Assembly: GCA_035221665.1 (NCBI GenBank) | Contig: JAVHYY010000112.1 | Coordinates: forward strand, 620,001 to 684,000 | Origin: Okamejei kenojei | Lineage: Eukaryota | Length of the DNA: 64,000 nucleotides | Direction of reading: 5' to 3' | In this document: positions 49,628 to 58,531 of the stretch, one piece after another | Layout: every line of letters starts with the position of its first letter | How positions within the stretch are numbered: the first letter of the stretch is position 1 | The notes under the pieces: generated by a model | The model's database searches: none | Told to the model about the DNA's origin: nothing | Seen by the model: the letters and a program-made list of their open reading frames with translations, nothing else | Made by a program: the position numbers and the translations under genes

Positions 49628-51477
49628 TTCCCTAGGACATTGAGGGAAGTTAGTGTAGAAATAGCAGGAGCTATGACAGAAATATTTCAAAAGTCATTAG
49701 AAACGGGAATAGTGCCGGAGGATTGGCGTACTGCGCATGTTGTTCCATTGTTTAAAAAGGGTTCAAAGAATAAACCTAGCAATTATAGACCTATTAGTTT
49801 GACGTCAGTGGTGGGCAAATTAATGGAAAGGATACTTAGAGATAATATATATAAGCATCTGGATAAACAGGGTCTGATCAGGAACAGTCAACATGGATTT
49901 GTGCCTGGAAGGTCATGTTTGACAAACCTTCTTGAATTTTTTGAAGCGGTAACTAGGGAAATTGATGAGGGTAAAGCAGTGGATGTTGTCTATATGGATT
50001 TCAGTAAGGCCTTTGACAAGGTTCCCCATGGAAGGTTGGTTCAGAAGGTTCAATCTTTCGGTGTTAATGGCGGAGTAGCAAGATGGATTCAACAGTGGCT
50101 GAATGGGAGATATCAGAGAGTAATGGTGGATGGCTGTTTGTCAGGTTGGAAGCCGGTGACCAGTGGGGTGCCTCAGGGATCTGTGTTGGGTCCACTGTTG
50201 TTTGTCATGTACATCAATGATCTGGATGATGGGGTGGAAAATTGGATAAGTAAGTATGCAGATGATACTAAGATAGGTGGTATTGTGCATAATGAAGTAG
50301 ATTCTCAAAGTCTACAGAGAGAATTGGGCTATTTGGAAAAGTGGGCTGAAAGATGGCAGATGGAGTTTAATGCTGATAAGTGTGAAGTGCTACATCTTGG
50401 CAGGACAAATCAAAATAGGACGTACATGGTAAATGGTAGGGAATTGAGGAATGCTGTGGAACAGAGGGATCTAGGAATAACTGTGCATAGTTCACTGAAG
50501 GTGGAATCGCATGTAGATAGGGTGGTAAAGAAAGCCTTTGGTGTGCTGGCCTTTATAAATCAGAGCATTGAATATAGGAGTAGGGAAGTAATGTTCAAAT
50601 TGTACAAGGCATTGGTAAGACCAATTCTGGAGTATGGTGTACAATTTTGGTCGCCTAGTTATAGGAAGGATGTCAACAAAATAGAGAGAGTACAGAGGAG
50701 ATTTACTAGAATGTTGCCAGGGTTCCAGTAACTATGTTACAGAGAAAGGTTGAACAAGTTAGGTCTTTATTCTTTGGAGCGCAGAAGGTTAAGGGGTGAC
50801 TTGATTGATGTCTTTAAAATGATGAAAGGGATAGACAGAGTTGACGTGGATAAGCTTTTCCCATTGAGGGTAGGGAAGATTCAAACAAGAGGGCATGACA
50901 TGAGAATTAAGGGACAGAAGTTTAGGGGTAACGTGAGGGGGAACATCTTTACTCAGAGGGTGGTGGCTGTGTGGAATGAGCTTCCAGCAGAGGTGGTGGA
51001 GGCAGGATCGATTTTAACATTTAAAAGTAAAGTGGATAGGTATATGGACGTGAAGGGAATGGAGGGGTATGGTCTGAGTGCAGGTAGATGGGACTAGGGG
51101 AAAACAAATGGTCGGCACGGACTGGAAGGGCCGAGAGGGCCTGTCTCCGTGCTGTAATTGTTATATGGTTATATGGTTATATGGCTATATAGCTACTCAA
51201 CTTTTTCCCCTTAACTCATTCGCTGGGAATGTCCTGCCGTGTTTGACTGCTCAAAATGCAACACCTCTCACTTATATTCATAAAAACGTATCAACCATTG
51301 CTCGGCCCACTTGTTGAACTGATCGAGATCCTCCGGTGGATTTTGATAATCATCTTCGCTTCGCATCTACTTTTGTGTCATCTGGCAAAATTGTAGTCTT
51401 GCCTTCTACATTTTCATCCAAATATTCGATATAAATGACAAACAGCAATGCGTCCAGATCTGATCCTTTAGGCACAT

Positions 51478-51710
51478 AACTCAGAAGGTGGTGGCTGTGT
51501 GGAATGAGCTTCCGGCAGAGGTGGTGGAGGCAGGATCGATTTTAACATTTAAAAGTAAAGTGGATAGGTATATGGACGTGAAGGGAATGGAGGGGTATGG
51601 TCTGGGTGCAGGTAGATGGGACTAGGGGAAAACAAATGGTCGGCGCGGACTGGAAGGGCCGAGAGGGCCTGTCTCCGTGCTGTAATTGTTATATGGTTAT
51701 TATATGGTTA
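51478..51710 (+). mobile_element. Short CR1 3' end, same family as 43733-51190
   Basis: Near-identical to about 50950-51180. Confidence 0.85.
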
Positions 51711-51837
51711 AACAAACTGCCATCGAGAATGACTGACCACTCTTCTAATGCAGAACTCCAGACGGGATCTAGTTACAGAAACTGCAATCTGAAAAATGCA
51801 TTCGCTGAACGTTAATCTCCTGCCCGCCGGGCGCCTG

Positions 51838-51909
51838 GGGATTTGAAAGTCACGTGAAACAACGTGTGGGACTGGGATATCCACAGTGTAGGAGAGTCGA
51901 ATAAAAACT
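51838..51909 (+). other. D segment (coding 51867-51881, TGGGACTGGGATATC) flanked by 12-spacer RSSs
   Basis: 3' RSS: CACAGTG 51882-51888, 12 nt, ATAAAAACT 51901-51909. 5' RSS: CAACGTG 51860-51866 with a weak nonamer (GGGATTTGA at 13 nt or GGATTTGAA at 12 nt). Confidence 0.8.
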
Positions 51910-52217
51910 CACCCCATTCAACATATATGTTCTTGGGTTCCGGAACCAAAATCAAACGATTGTTGTTCGTGACGCTGTAGTCCAGTTAAATTACATAGGG
52001 ATTACACATTCCTTTAACATTCCTTAATAATTGGTTCCGTGTTTGTCAAAGCACACCAGCCTGCGTGGGGGATGACTCTGCTCTTTGCTCTGTTTCTTAG
52101 CGGGAACCGGTCGACCCAGCGAGGATTGGAGAGCAAGGACAGTTGCTGGTTGGTCTGAAACTCCTGGAATAATTGGACAGCGTGTCTTGTGGTTGCCGGG
52201 CAAATGGAAGTGAGAAC

Positions 52218-52314
52218 TGTTCTTGTACATCGAGCATCGAGAGACGGGGCACTGTGGCTTCATGGGCCATTTACTATCAAGAGGGGACGGGGACTACGGT
52301 GTCTGTCACAGCAG
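52218..52314 (+). other. NAR-type J segment (coding 52257-52314) with 23-spacer RSS and splice donor
   Basis: Nonamer TGTTCTTGT 52218-52226, 23 nt, CACTGTG 52250-52256. Encodes ASWAIYYQEGTGTTVSVTA+G|GTAAAT (EGxG, IgNAR-J-like), phase 1. Confidence 0.9.
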
Positions 52315-55300
52315 GTAAATGCCCCAAACCTCTTTTATCCACGGCTGTTCTTAGAAATATTCAGTTCCCTTTGATATTAGATCTAGAGGCTTCAATTGCT
52401 TTCCAATTGAAACATATTCTATTCATAAAGGGTTCCAGCAACTTGGTCCAGATGTTACGGTACGTGTGAGTCCAATGAGAGGATATGTGGGGCTCCGCGG
52501 GAGCACAAAGTTAATCAGGTTCAAGAATAGCCTCTTCCTTAAAACTATCACGGTCGGGAATATCACACATTGCGAACCACAGGTATGAATTTCTATGCAG
52601 ACACAAAGAAATGCGGACGATGGCATAGGAGTCTAAAGTCTAGATACCAAATGTCAGCTATCAATGTGCTCCTGAAATGCTGCCTGACCCGCGCAGATAA
52701 TGCTACCACCAAACCGCCGGCTTGCTCTAAAGAACTATGCGAAATCACCTTCTTGCTTTGCAAGTCACTGCAGCACTTTGTGTTCATAAACGGTTCATAA
52801 TTGTGTCTGGTTATTCAAAGGTTTTTCTTGCTCTAGGATTGTGCCCATTAAATCATTGAGTTAGTTTTTGTCATACCTTCTGAGAGGTATGGTGTGATCT
52901 TACGGTGCTGTATATCATGGGAAGAATAGAACGGGTAGATACACATAGTCTCTTTTGCAGAGTAGGTGAGTCGAGGACCGGAGGACACAGGTTTAAGCTG
53001 AAGGAGAATATTTAATAGGATTTGAGGGTTAACGTTTTCACACGGTAGTGGGTGTGCAGAGCACGTTGCCAGAGTACATAATTGAAGCTGGCACTATTCC
53101 ACTGTTTAAGAATCAGTTAGACAAGTACATGGACAGGACAGGTTTGTATGGATTTGGACCAAACGCGGGCAGCTGCACTAATGTAGCTGTAACATGTCGG
53201 CCGATATGGGCAACGTGAGCCGAAGAGCCTGGTTCCGCGTTGTATCACTACACGACTCTCTGAATCTGTTATCTGACAAAGCATATTGCATTTATAGACC
53301 TGTGTGCATCTCCAAATAAAAATGTCACTGTTCCGTACTCGGAACAGATTACATTTGAACACCCCGGAATCGTTACTTTTGATTCTAACGGGCAATGACT
53401 GTTGGCCTTAACAGCTCTTCCACATCCAAAGCAAAGACAAAGACCATAAGGCATAGAAGCACAGTTAGGCCATTTGACCGTCGTGGAAATTGAAATCCGC
53501 CGTTGAAAGTGAAAACGAAAAGTTTGTGGGTGAAGACTGCGATATGTATCAAGGGTCAATTCAGAGAAAACGGGGAAAGTATCCGAGTTTGATGCGTGAG
53601 GACGAAATGCCGAGTCAAAGCAGATCAAATCTCATAGTGATCAGAACTTATCCTTCTCAAGTCCAGCGTGTGTCGGCTTGGCGTTAGCAACCACTTATTA
53701 TGGGCGACCGTATGATCTCCCAAATAATTCGGGTAAACCTCCGTTTGGCAATGTCCAAAGCCACCATATCCTTCCTCAGATGCGGGACCAAAAACTATTC
53801 GCAATATTCCAAATATGATCAAATAAGTGCCTAAAAAATCTACCATTTACATTAGATCCCTGTTTTCTTATTCTAGTCATCTCGAAATGAATGCTAACAT
53901 TTAATTTGTCTCACTCAACGCCGATTCACTCGGCAAATTCACATTTTGTAATTCCCGCACCAACATTCCCAGGTCCCTTTCCACCTCAATTTCTGAATCC
54001 TCTCCTGATTTAGAAAATAGTCGACATCGTTATTCCTTCCGCCAAAGTGCATGCCCGTACAGTGTGCTGTGTATTATTCTATCTGCCACTTATTTGCCCC
54101 CTCTTCTAACCTGTTGAAATAACTCTGCAGACTCCATGCTTACTCAACACTACCTGCCCCTTCACCTATTTGTTGGCATCATCCGCGATATCAGCCGCAA
54201 AGCCATCAATTCCATCACCAGATTGCAAATATGCAACGGGAAAAGTAGTGGACCCAACATTCACCCATTATTCAAAGGCAGCAAGCTGAAGAGATCACAT
54301 TTATTCCAACATTTTGACCTGATACGGACAGCCTATCCTCCGTCCACACTGATACCTTATCTCTAACACCAACACTACAATCTTAATTAGCCGCTCGCGT
54401 TCGGCACCGTTTAATATGCATCAGGAAATTTAAGTAAGCAGCATTTCTGACTTTCCTTTGTCCATCCTGCTTGTTACGTTCACAAAGAATGTCAACAGAC
54501 GTGTCAGGCACGAGCTGATTTTCGCGTGATTGTATCACGTGCTTCAATGTAACTGGAACCTCATTTTTACTAATGGTCTCTAAAATCTGACCAACTATTG
54601 AAGTCATGCCAACCGCCTTATCATTAAAACGGGCTTATAAACTTTCCCATACAATTCACGGGATTCATCCACGCCCGCTACGTGTGAAAGCCTGGGTAAC
54701 AATCTCTTTCTTACTTTGGAGGGAACAGAGGACGGTTGGCAGGAGAGTAGATGGGCTGCGAGTGAAGCTGGACACATTGTAAACATTCCACAAACTGAAA
54801 TCAAACGACAGCTGCCAGAACTGTTGAAACGGTTCTCGGGAGGGAAAATATGAACCGCAAGCAGCAAAAACTGGGCGACCAAGATTGAAAACTAAAACTG
54901 TTCTTCAATAAATGAAAGTAAAACGTAGAAGGACGTGGTCCAGTGAAAATTAAAAAACTCTTAATACATAAAGGGGAGCGCATTTATCCCGTGATGTGTA
55001 AATTGAACTTAAAAGATGACCTTCCAGGTGTTAAACACAGAATGCTGTGGAGGCCAAGTCAGAGGGGGGAAATAAAGCTGCGAAACATAGATTTTTGATT
55101 AGTCGAGGCGTCAGAAGTTGTTGTTATTGCGGAGAAGGCAGGAGAATTGGGATCGCAAGGTGAGATAGTTCAGCCAACATTGAATGGCGGAGTAGGCTTG
55201 ATGGATCGAATGGCCTAATTATACTCCTATTACATGACCTTATAACCATATGCCTTAAATGCCAACTGTTGAACCTTAATCATATCCAGGAAGGGATACA

Positions 55301-55534
55301 CTTCAGTCAAGCTGTGGGGAGAATGACTAGTTCTATTGTTATAACGCGAAGAATCTATTACCAAATGTTACAGAACCGAGTAAGGTAATTTGGCTCATTC
55401 ACCTGATCCGTGCTCTCTGAATCAGCTCCACTATTATTCCGTGCTCTCTTTGACTGTTCTGGCAGCGTGGGATGTTTCCAATTTCCCTTTCTTAATCAGA
55501 GTTTGACCTCGCGAATATTCGTCAGTGATTTTCA

Positions 55535-55860
55535 CCACGCTGGCGCAACGGTAGAGCTGCTGCCCAACAGCGCTGTTAGCACCTGAGACCCGAATTCGAT
55601 CCCGACTCCGGGTGTTGTTTGTACGGAGTTTGTACTTCTCCCCATAATCTGCGTGGGTTTTCTCCGAGATCTGGGGTTTCTTCCCACACTCCAAATATGG
55701 ACAGTTTAAAAGGGTAATTGGCTTTCAATAAATGTAAATTATCCATCGTGTGTGTGGGATAGTGTTATTGTGCGGGGATTGCAGGGCGGCGAGGACGGTG
55801 GGCCGAAGAGCCCTCTTCCGCGCTGTGCCCCTCAAATAAACTACACTAAACTGAACTAAA
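55535..55860 (+). mobile_element. HE1-type V-SINE
   Basis: A-box-like TGGCGCAACGG, B-box-like AATTCGATCC, V-SINE core TGCGTGGGTTTTCTCCG...TTCCCACA and a (CTAAA)-like tail. Confidence 0.7.
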
Positions 55861-56046
55861 GTTAACTAAGCTAAAAGTAATTAAAACTCAACTCGTTGCA
55901 CGAACAATTAAAAGATTCATAAATACTGTTTCCATACATTTTGCAAACATGTGACGAACTACCGGAGACGGTAACCACTTTCTGCGCATGTCACAGTCTT
56001 CAACAGTCAATGGTAAAATAATAATTATTCTCCTGTTACTCTGCAG

Positions 56047-56343
56047 ATACCATTTCCGCAGGTCCGCCTCAACAATCGTCTCTTTCTGGTGACACTGTCA
56101 CTGTTAACTGCGTATATTCCGGATTCTGCTCGTACACAGTACACTGGTATCGACCATTTCCAGGGCAGGCTCTGGAATTCCTGCTCCAAAGACACACTTC
56201 AAGAAAGCAAGATAAGGAAGAGGATGTCGGAGGTCGTATTACTGGTTCTCCCGATCCTGGCCAGAAAATCAGTCAGTTAACGCTATCTGAAGTACTGCCG
56301 AGCGACCAGGCTGTGTATTACTGTGGGATGAGTCTGCGCATCG
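56047..56343 (+). CDS. Leaderless TCR-delta-type V exon (NAR-TCR supporting V-delta), unit 2; missed by the ORF track
   Basis: Acceptor CTCTGCAG| in phase 1, in frame with the J donor. (D)TISAGPPQQSSLSGDTVTVNC-VYSGFCSYTVH-WYRPFPGQAL...DQAVYYC-GMSLRI has no stops and one extra CDR1 Cys. Confidence 0.88.
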
Positions 56344-56382
56344 CACAGTGACACAGCGCAGTGAGATAGCTGTGCCAAAACC
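56344..56382 (+). other. RSS, 23-bp spacer
   Basis: CACAGTG 56344-56350, 23 nt, GCCAAAACC 56374-56382. Confidence 0.92.
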
Positions 56383-56530
56383 TCAGCGTGGCGGAATACA
56401 GGCACACAGCACAACAGAAAATATGCGGCGCTATCCGACAACCGCAGTGTCGTATGGATTGATTACACGTTGCGAGGGAAAGAAGAGAAAGATACATATT
56501 ACAAAGAGAGATTATGTTCAAACTTACAGA

Positions 56531-56730
56531 NNNNNNNNNNNNNNNNNNNNNNNNNNNNNNNNNNNNNNNNNNNNNNNNNNNNNNNNNNNNNNNNNNNNNN
56601 NNNNNNNNNNNNNNNNNNNNNNNNNNNNNNNNNNNNNNNNNNNNNNNNNNNNNNNNNNNNNNNNNNNNNNNNNNNNNNNNNNNNNNNNNNNNNNNNNNNN
56701 NNNNNNNNNNNNNNNNNNNNNNNNNNNNNN
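56531..56730. other. Assembly gap (200 N)
   Basis: Run of N. Confidence 1.
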
Positions 56731-56968
56731 ATTTGGGGATAATAGGCGGAAATGCAGCTGAAGTTGAAATTCGCCCTGGCTTTAAATATCTGACTAGACG
56801 TCAGTGGCCAGGTAAACATCAGCCGCCGATTTTTATTCTAACCATTTTTCATACAGAGCAAAACACATACACGCACGGACTAAATATGTTTAAAAATCTC
56901 ATTCATTAACTGTTCAAAATTTGTAGCAGTATAGTTTACGAAGAAGCAGCAGACGTACCAGTATAAAG

Positions 56969-57195
56969 ACATAGAAACATAGAAACATAGAAATTAGGTG
57001 CAGGAGTAGGCCATTCAGCCCTTCGAGCCTGCACCGCCATTCAATATGATCATGGCTGATCATCCAACTCAGTATCCCGTACCTGCCTTCTCTCCATACC
57101 CTCTGATCCCCTTAGCCACAAGGGCCACATCCAACTCACTCTTAAATATAGCCAATGAACTGGCCTCAACTACCCTCTGTGGCAGAGAGTTCCAG
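56969..57195 (-). mobile_element. CR1 3' end fragment, absent from unit 1
   Basis: (CATAGAAA)3 tail; the empty site is at about 13336. Confidence 0.85.
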
Positions 57196-57288
57196 AGAGA
57201 CTCATGGACTGCCCACTATTTATGTACTGGTGGAGGTTCACAATGAGTAGAAGGTGGGAGCTGCTCAGTGGAGAAAAAATACTCCCCC

Positions 57289-57331
57289 TTCCCTGAACGG
57301 AAATCGAATCCGGACCACTGGACCATGAGGA
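57289..57331 (-). pseudogene. Internally deleted tRNA-Glu-like remnant (unit 2 copy)
   Basis: Paralog of 13433-13476, followed by a T6 run on the minus strand. Confidence 0.45.
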
Positions 57332-57679
57332 AAACTGGCTTAATTATTGTGCATTAAACTACGTAACTCATTCTGGCCATGGAGGAGGCCCAGAACATAA
57401 TGACTCCCACCGAAAATTGGATGAGCGGCACCTCATATTTCGCTTCGGTTGTTTATACCCCAGCGGTATGAACATTGACTTCTCCAATTTCAGGTAGTCT
57501 TTGCTTTCTCCCTCCATCCCCTCCCCATCCCAGCTCTCCCAAAAGCCACTGTCTACGCCTCTTCCATTCCTCTTCCCGACCCCCCGACCCACCCACCCCC
57601 ACTTCAGTCTACAGAAGGGTCTCGACCCGAAACGTAATCTTCTCCTTCTCTCCATAGATCGCCGGTCGCCAGGCTCCAG

Positions 57680-58480
57680 CCCCATCCACCCCCTCCCTGT
57701 CCAGGACCTTCATGTAGTCACCCCCCGGGACATCCCAGAAAATTCAAACATACGCTACCGTCAGCCAATCCAGCCAATTTAAAGGGGCCATCAAGGAGTT
57801 CAAACAACTCTCTATCTATAGTCAGTTGACCCTCCCACAATATCAGCTGAGCATCCACGCTGAATCCATCTGCGGAGAACAGAGACCCGTAAAAGGACCG
57901 AACAAAAGCACTGATCTTCTCTGGATCTTTAACAGAGGAGCCGTCATCCGCGAGCAGCTCGAGGAGCTGTTTGCGGAATCCCCGCCCTTTCTCCAGAGAG
58001 AAAAAGAAAGGTGATGCACGGTCCAGATCGTGCAATATCTGGACCCGCGACCTCACGTATGCATCTCGGGACCGCTCAAGCTGTAGGTCCCTCCGTGCTT
58101 CCTTCCTCTCATGATATTCTCCCCACTCACAGAAGTCCTCTCCAATCCGACCCAAGCGAGACTCTGCGTCGAGTAATCCTCTGCGCGCCGCCTTCTCGTC
58201 GAGCCCGACGTGAACTCCTGACAAAAGGGACGGATGTAAGCCATTCCCACTTCCCACCACTGCGTACGGGAATGGAAAACCCTCCGCCTCTCTCTTCACT
58301 TCACCCCAAACCAACTGAATGACCCCTGGAATCGGCTATCCTCCAGCAGCTGGATATTTAAGTGCCAGAACGCGGACCCAGCTGGTTTTCGCGCTATGAT
58401 AAAGTAATCTCACACCAGACAGTGATCCTAGCACGGCACTGTTCGCACAGAGTCCACGAGACACGAGAGATGTAAGCTCT
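57680..58480 (-). mobile_element. Tx1/L1-clade ORF2 remnant (unit 2 copy)
   Basis: DAYVRSRVQILHDLDRASPFFFSLEK. Confidence 0.65.
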
Positions 58481-58531
58481 CGTGTCTCATACTAAATGGA
58501 GATAAATATGGTTCACAATTTTCCCCATCAC

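Larger units (their letters stand above)
43733..51190 (+). mobile_element. Young 5'-truncated CR1 LINE (second family, (TTATATGG)n tail), split by a DIRS insertion
   Basis: ORF2 reads ...SPGPDRIF| at about 44950 and resumes |PRTLREVSVEIA at 49629; RT ORF 49640-50731 with GVPQGSVLGP and YADDTK. Confidence 0.92.

Noticed and set aside
52146-52184. CAGCGTG as heptamer of a second D or J
   Set aside because: No credible nonamer at 12 or 23 spacing and no downstream heptamer.
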